NCBI GenBank assembly: GCA_038064595.1
Contig: JBBTSV010000001.1
Location: forward strand, 1,915-65,914
From: Patescibacteria group bacterium
GTDB taxonomy: Bacteria > Patescibacteriota > Minisyncoccia > Phycocordibacterales > Phycocordibacteraceae
Reading direction: 5' to 3'
Length of the DNA: 64,000 bases
This document shows, one piece after another, positions 36,497 to 46,309 of this stretch (its first letter is position 1; each line of letters starts with the position of its first letter). The notes below the pieces were generated by a model. The model did no database searches, was not told where the DNA came from, and saw only the letters and a program-made list of their open reading frames with translations. Made by a program: the position numbers and the translations under genes.

Positions 36497-37273
36497 ATGT
36501 CTCCTGAAAAACAATTCATCTCGTTCTATACGATCCTGCGCAAGGGGGTCATCCGCATTTTCCGTATTTGGTCGCAGACCCTGCTGCCACCTCTGGTGAC
36601 CTCGGTACTCTACTTTGCCATCTTCGGCAGTATCCTCGGCGCACGCATCGGAGAGCTCGACGGCGTACCATACATCCTCTTTGTGGTCCCGGGGCTGGTG
36701 ATGCTTTCGGTCATCACAAGTGCCTTTATGGAGGTGGCATCGACCTTCTTCTTCGCCAAGTTCTTCTCGCGTAATATCGACGAAGTGCTCGTCTCGCCAA
36801 CGCCGCCGATCGTGATCATCGCGGGCTACATCGCGAGCGGCGTCGTGCGCGGGATGTTGGTCGGCGTTTTGGTACTCATCGTCTCACTCTTCTTCGCCCT
36901 CCCGTCGATCGAGCACCCTCTTATCGTCCTTTTGTTCCTCTTCCTCTCCTCGCTCGTATTCGCCCTCGGCGGGCTCATCAACGGTATCTACGCCAAGAAC
37001 TTCGACGGCATTAGCATCATCCCCACCTTCGTCCTCACCCCGCTCGTCTACCTCGGCGGCGTGTTCTACTCTATCAACTCCCTCCCTCCGCTTTGGCAGA
37101 ATCTCTCACTCTTTAATCCTATTCTCTATATCATCAACGGCTTCCGCTACGGCTTCCTCGGCACTGCCGATGTGTCGCTCTTCGCGTGTATCAGCGTCCT
37201 CCTTGCGCTCACCGCGGTCTTGGTCGGCGTCAATCTCTACTACCTCAAGAAGGGCCTCGGCTTGAAGCAGTAG
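36497..37273 (+). CDS. ABC-2 type transporter permease
   Basis: Six TM helices immediately after the ATPase. Confidence 0.8.
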   Translation: MSPEKQFISFYTILRKGVIRIFRIWSQTLLPPLVTSVLYFAIFGSILGARIGELDGVPYILFVVPGLVMLSVITSAFMEVASTFFFAKFFSRNIDEVLVSPTPPIVIIAGYIASGVVRGMLVGVLVLIVSLFFALPSIEHPLIVLLFLFLSSLVFALGGLINGIYAKNFDGISIIPTFVLTPLVYLGGVFYSINSLPPLWQNLSLFNPILYIINGFRYGFLGTADVSLFACISVLLALTAVLVGVNLYYLKKGLGLKQ

Positions 37274-37363
37274 CTTGACGGAGTAGGGCAGTAGGGTACA
37301 CTCAGACTGGCTGCTTGGGCAGAGTAGTCAGTCTCCTCCTGGCACAGTCCGCTGTGCTTTCAC

Positions 37364-37392
37364 GCGGGTCCCTCGGGGCCCGCTTTCTTTTT
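37364..37392 (+). terminator. rho-independent terminator GCGGGTCCC-TCG-GGGCCCGC plus TTTCTTTTT
   Basis: GC-rich stem plus T-run. Confidence 0.7.
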
Positions 37393-37445
37393 GCGCCTAT
37401 TTGTTGTATATTGAGAGCACCGCCCGCGCGGCCTTTTTTAATTCT

Positions 37446-39248
37446 ATGGAAATTCGTAATATCGCGATTATCGCGCACGTCGACCACGGTAAGACCGCGC
37501 TCACTGACGCTATCTTGAAGCAGACCGGTGCGGCCCAAGAGGGGACGACGATGGACTCTAACGCGCTCGAGCTCGAGCGCGGCATCACTATTTATGCCAA
37601 GAACGCCGCGGTTGAGTATAAGGGTACCAAGATCAACATCGTCGACACCCCGGGCCACGCCGACTTCGGCAGTGAGGTCGAGCGCGTCCTACGCTCCATT
37701 GACTCGGTCTTGCTCGTCGTCGACGCCCAGGAGGGGCCGATGCCGCAGACCCGCTTTGTGCTCAAGAAGTCCCTGGAGCTCGGCCTCAAGCCCATCGTTG
37801 TTTTGAATAAAATCGATAAGCCCGCGGCCGACGCGGCGCGCGCCCACGACCAGGTCCTCGAGCTCTTTATGGAGCTCGGGGCCTCTGACGCGCAGTGTGA
37901 CTTCCCGGTGATCTACTCTATTGGTCGTGAGGGGCGCGCCGCGACAAGCGTCGACGCGCTTAAGAACAGCACCCCCGAGGGCAAGGATCTCACCCCGCTC
38001 CTCGATTTGATACTAGAAAAAGTCCCGCCCGCAAATGCAACTGCCGATGCTTCAGCGCCGCTGATGCTCCAACCCTTTAACCTTGCCTATGACAACTTCA
38101 TGGGGCGGCTCGCGGTGGGTCGCATCTACGAGGGCACCGTGCGCCCCAACCAGCAGGTCTTTATCAAGAAGCCAGACGGCACGACGCGCACCGGCCGCAC
38201 CACCAAGGTCTTCACCTTCAAGGGGCTCGAGCGCGTCGAGGCCACTGAAGCAGCTGCGGGCGACATCGCGCTTATCGCCGGTCTCCCCGACATCTACATC
38301 GGTGAGACGGTCACCACCAACGAGAGCGCCGCGCCCCTGCCGGCTATTGCGGTCGATGAGCCGACGATTGCGCTCAACTTCTTGGTCAATAATTCACCCT
38401 TTGCGGGTAAAGAAGGGAAGTATGTCACGAGCCGCCAGATCCGCGAGCGACTCGCTCGCGAGCTCGAGGTCAACGTGGGGCTCAAGGTCGACTTCGATAA
38501 GACCGAAGTCTTCCATGTCTCGGGGCGCGGTGAGCTCCATATCGCGGTCCTCTTGGAGAACATGCGCCGCGAGGGCTATGAGCTCCAGGTCTCACAGCCG
38601 CAGGTCATCATCCGCGAGGAGAATGGGGTGAAGCTCGAGCCGTTTGAAGAGGTGATTATCGACACACCGTCAGAGTTTCAAGGCGCGATTATCGAGAAGC
38701 TTGGGCAGAGGGCCTTTGTGCTCCAGAACCTGGAGCAGCATGAGAACACCGTGCGCCTCACCCTCAACGGCCCCACCCGCGGACTCCTCGGCTATCGCAA
38801 CATTTTTATTATTGATACCAAAGGCGAGGGCATCCTCTCCTCTCGCGTACTCGGCTTCCAGCCGTATGCGGGAGAGATTAAGAAGCGGCAGGTGGGCTCG
38901 ATGATCTCGATGGCGACCGGCAAAGCGCTCGGCTACTCGCTCTGGTATCTCCAAGACCGTGGTCAGCTCTACATCAAGCCCGCGACGGAGGTGTATGAGG
39001 GCATGGTGATCGGCAACACCAGTAAGGGCGAGGAGATGATGGCCAACCCGACTAAGGGCAAGGCACAGTCCAACGTCCGCTCCTCGGGGATGGACGAGGC
39101 GCTCACGCTGGTGCCTATTTTCGACCTCTCGATTGAGCGCGGGATGGAGATCATGACCGAGGATGAGTATCTTGAAATAACGCCCACATCAGTCCGTCTG
39201 CGCAAACAATTCCTCACCGAGAACGACCGCGCCAAAGCGCGCCGGTAA
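37446..39248 (+). CDS. typA: translational GTPase TypA/BipA
   Basis: [27 protein letters not shown]; 600-aa EF-G-like architecture. Confidence 0.9.
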   Translation: MEIRNIAIIAHVDHGKTALTDAILKQTGAAQEGTTMDSNALELERGITIYAKNAAVEYKGTKINIVDTPGHADFGSEVERVLRSIDSVLLVVDAQEGPMPQTRFVLKKSLELGLKPIVVLNKIDKPAADAARAHDQVLELFMELGASDAQCDFPVIYSIGREGRAATSVDALKNSTPEGKDLTPLLDLILEKVPPANATADASAPLMLQPFNLAYDNFMGRLAVGRIYEGTVRPNQQVFIKKPDGTTRTGRTTKVFTFKGLERVEATEAAAGDIALIAGLPDIYIGETVTTNESAAPLPAIAVDEPTIALNFLVNNSPFAGKEGKYVTSRQIRERLARELEVNVGLKVDFDKTEVFHVSGRGELHIAVLLENMRREGYELQVSQPQVIIREENGVKLEPFEEVIIDTPSEFQGAIIEKLGQRAFVLQNLEQHENTVRLTLNGPTRGLLGYRNIFIIDTKGEGILSSRVLGFQPYAGEIKKRQVGSMISMATGKALGYSLWYLQDRGQLYIKPATEVYEGMVIGNTSKGEEMMANPTKGKAQSNVRSSGMDEALTLVPIFDLSIERGMEIMTEDEYLEITPTSVRLRKQFLTENDRAKARR

Positions 39249-39254
39249 ATAGCA

Positions 39255-39290
39255 AACACAACAGCCGCGATTACGCGGCTGTTGTGTTTA
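39255..39290. terminator. bidirectional terminator AAACACAACAGCCGCG-ATTA-CGCGGCTGTTGTGTTT
   Basis: 16-bp perfect stem shared by typA (+) and ssrA (-). Confidence 0.8.
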
Positions 39291-39297
39291 AGATTGT

Positions 39298-39702
39298 GGA
39301 GGTGTCGAGAGTCGAACTCGAGTCCGATTCTGGCCATGAGAGCGCTTCTACGACGCATAGTCACCGTTATCTTTAAGATAGGATGCGAGGAACGGAGACG
39401 AAACCATTCCTACCCGATCCCTTATTTAGACGCAGCGGGCGGGAAGTCCGCGCGTCGATTCTACAGATGATTCCACCTCACTCTCCGACTGTAGAAACTC
39501 AGGGGAGTGAAATGTCGCGAGGCGAGAGGCCGTTAGGCGACCGCGTACGCGAACGTAAAGTCCTTACTACCGAAGTAGGGAGACTTTACGCTTGCAAGAG
39601 TGTTCTTGGCAAGTTTGGTTGCTCGTTAGATTAGAGTGATAGCCGAGCGTGCACTGCGTCGCACGTCTTTCAAGGTACAGACCGTCAAAGCCGGTCACCC
39701 CC
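39298..39702 (-). ncRNA. ssrA: tmRNA (ssrA), one-piece
   Basis: 5' GGGGGUG-ACCGGCUUUGACGGUCUG (acceptor plus D-analog) pairs with the 3' CACCUCC-A end (G3-U70), T-arm UCGAG-UUCGACU-CUCGA; downstream of smpB on the same strand. Confidence 0.75.
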
Positions 39703-39754
39703 CTAAAACATACCTTCGGTATGTTCGGGCGAACATTTCGTCAGACGAAATGTT

Positions 39755-40042
39755 TTAGCCAGAGAACGCATCTTTTTCTTTCGATGTGTTCTTTAGCCAT
39801 TCTAGCAATATCTTCTTTTTCGTGCGCGCTCCCCAAAGACTCTTGAGGAAGCGTTCACGATTGAAGGCGTCTGCGGTCAGCTCAAACTGTTCCGTATGGA
39901 TGAGCTCGAGAGGTCTGCGATTTACGGTCGCCTCGACCTGTCCACTGTGATGACGCTTCAATCTTTTCTCGATATCGCTAGTGCACCCGACGTACAGTTT
40001 CTTGTCCTTTTTGCTATAGAGGACGTACACCATGTAAGCCAT
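39755..40042 (-). CDS. GIY-YIG nuclease family protein (YhbQ/UPF0213-like)
   Basis: YMVYVLYSKKDKKLYVGCTSDIEKRLKRH GIY-YIG core. Confidence 0.7.
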   Translation of the reverse strand: MAYMVYVLYSKKDKKLYVGCTSDIEKRLKRHHSGQVEATVNRRPLELIHTEQFELTADAFNRERFLKSLWGARTKKKILLEWLKNTSKEKDAFSG

Positions 40043-40062
40043 GCTCTAGGGGATTGATCGAA

Positions 40063-40506
40063 CTATCTATTTTTCAAAACGCGTCCCGTTTCGCGCGCGG
40101 CGTCGCGCTTCTTGAGATCTTCGCGACGATCGCTCTTGCCTTTGCCGCGGACGATAGCGATGCGCGCCTTCACGAGATTCTTACTAGTATATACCTCAAG
40201 TGGGATTATTGTCAAGCCCTTCTTCTCCTCCTCCACAGCCAGTGTGGCGATCTCGCGCTTAGACAAGAGGAGACGACGCGGGCGCTCAGGGTCATAGCTC
40301 TTGCTCGTATTCGCCGGCTGGTATGGCGGGATCGTCATCCCCGTGATATACGCCTCGCCCCCGCGCACCACTACCCGCGCCCCTTCTAGAGAGCCGAGCT
40401 TAGCCCGCAGCGATTTCACTTCGGTGCCCAAGAGCTCGAGTCCCGCCGAGAAAGTTTCGAGCGGGGAGAAGCGTAGTAGGGCCTTCTTATATTCGACGAG
40501 AGTCAT
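40063..40506 (-). CDS. smpB: SsrA-binding protein SmpB
   Basis: Conserved SmpB blocks (LLLSKREI, GLTIIPLEVY, ARIAIVRGKGK). Confidence 0.9.
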   Translation of the reverse strand: MTLVEYKKALLRFSPLETFSAGLELLGTEVKSLRAKLGSLEGARVVVRGGEAYITGMTIPPYQPANTSKSYDPERPRRLLLSKREIATLAVEEEKKGLTIIPLEVYTSKNLVKARIAIVRGKGKSDRREDLKKRDAARETGRVLKNR

Positions 40507-40527
40507 GCGTTCCAGTATACTCGTTTT

Positions 40528-42465
40528 ATGGCACCCGTCTCTCCGAAGAAGCCAAAAGGGAAGAAGCAGCCCAGCAAGGGCGGCTGGCGCGCGCCCTTTG
40601 GCGGGAACTCCTTCTTCGGTAATTTGTTCTCCACCATCCTCATCTTCTTCCTCATCATGAGCGGGTACTCGCTCGTTGAAAGCCTGTTCGAGCCAAGTGT
40701 CGAGATCCCGCTCTCGGTGGTCGCGGCTGATGTCGGGGAAGGGAAGGTGAAGGCCATCACCATAAGTGGCGACTCACTCAAACTCGTTTACACCGATGAT
40801 TCGATTAAGATCTCGCGTAAAGACCCCTCGGCCGGTCTCCTCGAAACCCTCTCAACATACGGTGTGACTCCTGAGGGGCTCGCCAAGGTGGCGATTACTA
40901 TCCAGGGAGAGTCGGGATTCCAGTTCTGGGTTCTCACTCTTGCGCCAATCCTTATCCCGATTCTCTTTCTCGCATTTCTCTTCTGGTTCCTCTCTCGCCA
41001 GGTGAAGGGGGCGGGGATGCAGGCCTTCACCTTCGGTCAGTCGAAGGCGCGGGTCATCGATCCGGCTGATGTGACCCAGCGTGTTACCTTTGCCGATGTT
41101 GCGGGCGCCCGCGAGGCAAAGGAGGAGCTTTTAGAGATTGTCGACTTCCTCAAAAGCCCCAAGAAGTTCCTCGATATCGGCGCGCGGATCCCCAAGGGAA
41201 TTATCCTCATGGGCGCGCCGGGGACCGGCAAGACCCTGCTTGCGCGCGCGGTCGCGGGTGAGGCTGGGGTCCCGTTCTTCTCGATCTCGGGCTCTGAGTT
41301 TGTCGAGATGTTTGTTGGCGTGGGCGCCTCGAGAGTGCGCGATCTCTTCCAGCTCGCTAAGAAGGCGGCGCCTGCGATTATCTTCGTCGATGAGATCGAC
41401 GCGGTGGGGCGCGTGCGCGGCACCGGAGTGGGTGGCGGCAACGACGAACGCGAGCAGACTCTGAACCAGATCTTGGTGGAGATGGACGGCTTTGAGCCTA
41501 CCGAGAAGGTAGTGGTGATGGCGGCGACTAACCGGCCCGACGTCCTCGACCCGGCCCTCCTTCGCCCCGGGCGCTTTGACCGTCGCGTGACGATTGACCT
41601 CCCTGATCGGCGTGATCGCGAGGATATTCTCAAGATCCATGCGCGCGCGAAGCCGCTCGGCCCCGATGTCGCGCTCGCGGTTATTGCCGAGCGTACGCCG
41701 GGCTTCTCGGGCGCCGAGCTGTACTCACTCATGAATGAAGGCGCGATTCTTGCCGCGCGCGAGAATCGCAAAGAGGTCACCCAATATGATTTGATTCGTT
41801 CCATCGAGAAGGTGATGCTCGGCCCAGAGCGCAAATCGCATTTGCTTAGTAAAAAAGAAAAAGAGCTCACCGCCTACCACGAGGCGGGACACGCGCTTGT
41901 CTCTTCAGTCTTGCCGAATGCCGACCCGGTGCACAAAATTTCTATCATTAGTCGTGGTCGCGCCGCGGGCTACACGCTGAAGCTCCCCTTTGAAGACCGC
42001 AAGATGCAGTCTAAGAAACAATTTCTCGATGATATCGCGGCGACGCTCGGCGGCTACGTCGCAGAAGAGATGCTCTTTGACGACGTGACCACGGGGCCCT
42101 CTAATGACCTGATGGTGATTACCGCGCTCGCGCGTGAGATGGTGACGCGCTACGGCATGAGCGATAAGCTGGGGCCCGTCGCCTTCGGCGAGCGCTCCTT
42201 GGGCAACGAGCCCTACTCCGAGCACGTCGCCGCTCAGATCGACGCAGAGGTCACACGGATTATCGAGGAGGCCAAGGCACGCGCTAAGCAGGTGATTACC
42301 GATCACCGCGCTGCGCTCGACGCGATCGCCAAGGAGCTGACCGAGAAGGAGACGGTGGAGCGCGCTGAATTCGAGAAGATCCTCATCGCCAACGGCATCA
42401 CGCCCAAGAAGAGTGAAGAGGAAGGCATCGTCATCGCGCCCGCCCCTACAGGAGACATTGCATAA
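40528..42465 (+). CDS. ftsH: ATP-dependent zinc metalloprotease FtsH
   Basis: AAA+ [18 protein letters not shown] zinc site. Confidence 0.95.
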   Translation: MAPVSPKKPKGKKQPSKGGWRAPFGGNSFFGNLFSTILIFFLIMSGYSLVESLFEPSVEIPLSVVAADVGEGKVKAITISGDSLKLVYTDDSIKISRKDPSAGLLETLSTYGVTPEGLAKVAITIQGESGFQFWVLTLAPILIPILFLAFLFWFLSRQVKGAGMQAFTFGQSKARVIDPADVTQRVTFADVAGAREAKEELLEIVDFLKSPKKFLDIGARIPKGIILMGAPGTGKTLLARAVAGEAGVPFFSISGSEFVEMFVGVGASRVRDLFQLAKKAAPAIIFVDEIDAVGRVRGTGVGGGNDEREQTLNQILVEMDGFEPTEKVVVMAATNRPDVLDPALLRPGRFDRRVTIDLPDRRDREDILKIHARAKPLGPDVALAVIAERTPGFSGAELYSLMNEGAILAARENRKEVTQYDLIRSIEKVMLGPERKSHLLSKKEKELTAYHEAGHALVSSVLPNADPVHKISIISRGRAAGYTLKLPFEDRKMQSKKQFLDDIAATLGGYVAEEMLFDDVTTGPSNDLMVITALAREMVTRYGMSDKLGPVAFGERSLGNEPYSEHVAAQIDAEVTRIIEEAKARAKQVITDHRAALDAIAKELTEKETVERAEFEKILIANGITPKKSEEEGIVIAPAPTGDIA

Positions 42466-42474
42466 TTTTTAGTC

Positions 42475-42547
42475 CGCCCCCCTGGACTCGAACCAGGAAC
42501 CGCAGAGGTATAAGCTCTGTGCTCTAACCATTGAGCTAGGGGCGGAT
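42475..42547 (-). tRNA. tRNA-Ile (anticodon UAU)
   Basis: Acceptor CCGCCCC/GGGGCGG, anticodon stem CAGAG/CTCTG with loop CTTATAC (UAU), T-arm CCTGG-TTCGAGT-CCAGG, discriminator A. Confidence 0.7.
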
Positions 42548-42569
42548 ACTTCTGTACTCTAACGCACGA

Positions 42570-44810
42570 CTACTCCAAATGCATCTGCCGGTCGGCGGTG
42601 TGGGCGCGAGAGGCGAGGGCGGGGTGCATTGTTAAATCGGGGTCATCCGCGACGAGCGCGGCCGCCTCCAGCTTAGCCGCTTCGACGAGCTTAATATTTT
42701 TGAGCGCCTCCATCGCGATATCTGAGACGCCCCACTGGCGGCCGCCGACGAGTTCTCCGGCGCCACGGAGCGCGAGATCATACTCGGCGAGCTCAAAGCC
42801 GTTCTTAGCATTCTTAAACGCTTTCATCCGCTCGCGCGTGGTCTCACCCGCGCTCTCGGGGAGCGCGAAGCAGTACGACTGATGTGTGGAGCGGATCACG
42901 CGGCCGCGCAGCTGGTGGAGCTGCGAGAGGCCGAAGCGCTCGGCACCTTCGATGAGAATCACCGTTGCATTGGGCACATTCACCCCCACCTCCACCACCG
43001 AGGTGGCGACGAGAATGTGGGTATCGCCATCTTCAAACGCTTTCATCGTCGCCTCCTTCTCTGCCGGTGTCATCTTACTGTGGAGGATGTCGATCGTCGC
43101 TTCAGGGAACACTCCTTTGGCGAGCCGCGCTGCCTCGGCCTTGACCGACTTAGCCTGAAGCGCGAGCTCCTTGGCTGGGTCTGGCTCGTCGATGCGCGGA
43201 CAGATCACGTATGCCTGGTGACCTGCCGCGAGCTCCTGCCGTACGCGCGTGTAGGCGGCTTCGCGCTCCTTGGGAGAAAGCACCTCTGTGATCACGCGCT
43301 TGCGCCCTGCCGGCATCTCGTCAAGGAGCGTGAGGTCGAGATCGCCATAGAGCGTGAGAGCGAGGGTACGCGGGATCGGCGTTGCGGTCATCGAGAGCAG
43401 GTGGGGCGCGATCGCTCCCTTGGTCGCGAGCTTCTGCCGGTGTCCAGTGCCAAAGCGATGCTGTTCGTCGATGATGGCATAGGCAAAATATTTAAACGAG
43501 AGCGACTTTTCGATGATCGCGTGCGTGCCGATAACGATAGGGATCTCACCGTTGCCCACCATTTTCTTAAACGCGGGCTTGGAGAGCTTGGCCGATTCCT
43601 CATAACGCACCTTCGACGGGAACTTGCGGCACTCGCTCCCCATGATGAGCCCGATCGGGATCGGATGATCTCTGAAATACGAGACGAAGGTCGAGAAATG
43701 CTGCTTTGCGAGGATCTCGGTGGGGCACAGATAGGCGACTTGCAGGGTGCCGGCGATGCGGCCCTTTGGGAGCGAGGTGGCGACGAGGTACGCGGTCGCG
43801 GCAGCGACCGCGGTCTTGCCGCTGCCCACATCGCCCTCAAGGAGGCGGAGCATCGGGTGCGACTTCTCGAAGTCCGCGACGATACTGTCGATCGCGCGCA
43901 GCTGCGCGCCTGTTGCCGGGAAGGGAAATGAGGCGATAAAGTTCTTAAGCTTCTCGCGATCGACCGCCACCGGCAGTGCCTCCTCGCGGAGCTGGAGGGT
44001 GCGGCGCTGCTGCATCACGATCTGGAGCGCGAACACTTCTTCAAAGGCGAAGCGCTTACGTGCCGCGTCGGCATCACTCTTTTTCTGCGGTGCATGGATA
44101 AAGACGAGCGCGGCAGCGAGTGAAGGGAGCTTGTAGCGCGTAAGGATCAGGGAGGGTATCGGATCCTCGATTTTCTCATGCACACCAGACTCAAATACCT
44201 TCTTCATCGCATGAAAGAACCAGAGCGATGAGACGCCCATGCTCTCGGGGTACACCGGCGTGAGCGTCTCGTCCACAGGCACGTTTCTTTCGCTAAATAA
44301 ATTTGGGTGAACTGTCTCGGCTAAAACATTCTGCGAAGCAGAATGTTCGCCCGACCCGCCGCGTAGCGGCGGGTTTAGGGGCGACTTATCGATTTCTGGG
44401 TTGGCGAGATAGATCTTTACCCCGCTCCCCGCCACCTTCCCCCTCACTTTCACCACCATCCCGTCGTGCAGCGACTTCGCTATGTACGGTTGGCTAAACC
44501 ATATCATCTTTATCTTTCCCGAGGCATCCTCAAGCCACGCCTCAGCGATAGGGCGTCGACTCTTCCAGGTCTTCCTAATATCCGGCTTACGCACCGTGCC
44601 GTAGAGGGTGACCTCGGCCCCGGCTGCAACCCCTGCTATTGTCCCGAGCGATCCCGCCTGTTCATAGCGGGCAGGGAAGTGGTAGAGGAGATCACGAATA
44701 GATCGAATCTTGAGCTTGGTGAGTGCACTCCTCTGCTCCGGACGGAGCCGGGTGAAATGCTTCTCCAAGGGGTCGGTGGCGTTCACGCTTCTAGTATAGT
44801 CTGTTGTCAA
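42570..44810 (-). CDS. recG: ATP-dependent DNA helicase RecG
   Basis: Wedge domain plus DEAH-type helicase motifs (GDVGSGKT, DEQHRFG). Confidence 0.9.
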   Translation of the reverse strand: MTTDYTRSVNATDPLEKHFTRLRPEQRSALTKLKIRSIRDLLYHFPARYEQAGSLGTIAGVAAGAEVTLYGTVRKPDIRKTWKSRRPIAEAWLEDASGKIKMIWFSQPYIAKSLHDGMVVKVRGKVAGSGVKIYLANPEIDKSPLNPPLRGGSGEHSASQNVLAETVHPNLFSERNVPVDETLTPVYPESMGVSSLWFFHAMKKVFESGVHEKIEDPIPSLILTRYKLPSLAAALVFIHAPQKKSDADAARKRFAFEEVFALQIVMQQRRTLQLREEALPVAVDREKLKNFIASFPFPATGAQLRAIDSIVADFEKSHPMLRLLEGDVGSGKTAVAAATAYLVATSLPKGRIAGTLQVAYLCPTEILAKQHFSTFVSYFRDHPIPIGLIMGSECRKFPSKVRYEESAKLSKPAFKKMVGNGEIPIVIGTHAIIEKSLSFKYFAYAIIDEQHRFGTGHRQKLATKGAIAPHLLSMTATPIPRTLALTLYGDLDLTLLDEMPAGRKRVITEVLSPKEREAAYTRVRQELAAGHQAYVICPRIDEPDPAKELALQAKSVKAEAARLAKGVFPEATIDILHSKMTPAEKEATMKAFEDGDTHILVATSVVEVGVNVPNATVILIEGAERFGLSQLHQLRGRVIRSTHQSYCFALPESAGETTRERMKAFKNAKNGFELAEYDLALRGAGELVGGRQWGVSDIAMEALKNIKLVEAAKLEAAALVADDPDLTMHPALASRAHTADRQMHLE

Positions 44811-44839
44811 AACTATTCACCACGGTATGATTACGGGAT

Positions 44840-45418
44840 ATGAACACATCAACAGTCAGAAGTTGGTTCACGTGGCCCGTGATCCTTGTCGGCGTTCTCA
44901 TCGTTCTCGCACTCTACGTGGGTGGAAAATATAACGGTCTCGTTCGTCAGGATGAAGGTGTCAGTACTGCATGGGCGCAGGTTGAGTCACAGTATCAGCG
45001 CCGCTTTGATCTCATCCCCAACCTCGTCTCGTCAGTCCAGGGAGCGATGGCGCAGGAGCAGAGCATCTTTATTGCGCTCGCTGAAGCGCGCACACGTTAT
45101 GCTGGCGCGTCGACTCCGGATGCGCGTGCCGCCGCAGCTAATCAGCTTGAGGGCTCGCTTGCGCGCCTTCTCGTCGTGATGGAGAATTACCCGCAGCTGA
45201 AATCAATTGATGCAGTGCAAGGACTCATGAGTGAGCTCGCCGGTACCGAGAATCGTGTCGCGGTGGAGCGGATGCGTTACAACGAAGCCGTGCGCGGCTA
45301 CAACGTGAGCGTGAAGACGTTCCCGGGCTCACTTGTCGCCGGCATGTTCGGCTTTGATCCACGGACGATGTTTGAGGCCAAGGAAGGCGCCGAGGACGCC
45401 CCGAAGGTTAACCTCTAA
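44840..45418 (+). CDS. LemA family protein
   Basis: N-terminal TM plus the LemA helical domain. Confidence 0.8.
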   Translation: MNTSTVRSWFTWPVILVGVLIVLALYVGGKYNGLVRQDEGVSTAWAQVESQYQRRFDLIPNLVSSVQGAMAQEQSIFIALAEARTRYAGASTPDARAAAANQLEGSLARLLVVMENYPQLKSIDAVQGLMSELAGTENRVAVERMRYNEAVRGYNVSVKTFPGSLVAGMFGFDPRTMFEAKEGAEDAPKVNL

Positions 45419-46297
45419 ATGAAAGCGCTCGCCACGGCGAGTATTCTCGGAGCCGCTCTTCTCTCCCTCGCCCCTATCGCTTTCGCCTATACCTCACCCG
45501 GCTCACCGAGCGGGTATGTGAACGACTTTGCGCGTGTTCTCAGTACCGAGGCAATACAGACGCTGAACGCAGAACTTACTGCATTTGAGCAAAGCACCTC
45601 TAACGAGATTACCGTGGTCACCGTGCCGAATATGGGCGGTGACTACATCGAGAATTATGCCGTGAAGCTTTTTGAAGAGTGGGGAGTGGGAAAAGAAGAT
45701 CGAGACAACGGTATCCTGCTCCTCCTCTCTATTGAGGAACGTGCGATGCGTATCGAGGTCGGCTACGGGCTTGAGGGCGCGCTCCCAGACTCTCTGGCAC
45801 AGCGCATCCTCGACAACGAGATGACGCCCAAACTTAAAGCGGGGGATTATGATGGCGCGGTCACGGCTGCCGCGACCGCGCTTGAGCAGGCCACAAAGGG
45901 GGAGTATACCGGCAAGAGTTCAGCGAGTGACTTCTTCACGAACCTCTCACTTGAGACCGTCTTTGTATTCCTTTTCCTCATACCGCAGTTTCTTGCAGCG
46001 ATCCTCGCACGAAGCAAGTCGTGGTGGGCAGGCGGGGTCGTGGGCGGCGCCGGCGGGCTCGGGATTGGGTGGCTACTCGCCCTCTCTCTGGTCTCACTGT
46101 TTGGACTGACGGTTGTCCTGGTGTTTCTCGGTATGCTTTTCGACTATTTCGTCTCGAAGGGATACAAGGATGCTAAAGCACGCGGTATGAACCCGCCCTG
46201 GTGGACGGGCGGCTCTCTGGGACGTTCAGGAGGTGGCGGCTTCGGAGGATTCGGCGGCGGATCAAGCGGCGGAGGAGGGGCATCGGGCAGATGGTGA
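45419..46297 (+). CDS. TPM-domain (YgcG/DUF477-like) protein with Gly-rich C-terminus
   Basis: Signal peptide, TPM phosphatase-like domain, TM, GGGFGGFGGGSSGGGG tail. Confidence 0.7.
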   Translation: MKALATASILGAALLSLAPIAFAYTSPGSPSGYVNDFARVLSTEAIQTLNAELTAFEQSTSNEITVVTVPNMGGDYIENYAVKLFEEWGVGKEDRDNGILLLLSIEERAMRIEVGYGLEGALPDSLAQRILDNEMTPKLKAGDYDGAVTAAATALEQATKGEYTGKSSASDFFTNLSLETVFVFLFLIPQFLAAILARSKSWWAGGVVGGAGGLGIGWLLALSLVSLFGLTVVLVFLGMLFDYFVSKGYKDAKARGMNPPWWTGGSLGRSGGGGFGGFGGGSSGGGGASGRW

Positions 46298-46309
46298 TAT
46301 ATTTTCTCT

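Noticed and set aside
37417-37440. Second terminator before typA (CCGCGCGG plus T-run)
   Set aside because: The stem is only an 8-nt GC palindrome with no loop. It is too weak to call alongside the clear terminator at 37364-37392.
39471-39490. Internal tmRNA-like 5' end (UGAGGUGG-AAUCAUCUGUAGAAUCGACG) as the ssrA start
   Set aside because: Its acceptor strand would give a U1-C72 mismatch and an A3-U70 pair, and the RNA would be only about 200 nt. The GGGGGUG site at 39702 gives a perfect 7-bp acceptor stem with G3-U70 and a normal length.
40788-44136. Numerous ORFs of 60-350 aa antisense to ftsH and recG (for example 41037-41870, 42882-43931, 43388-43840)
   Set aside because: These are typical high-GC antisense artefacts (Arg/Ser/Ala-rich, with no ribosome-binding site). 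They lie inside genes with strong motif support.
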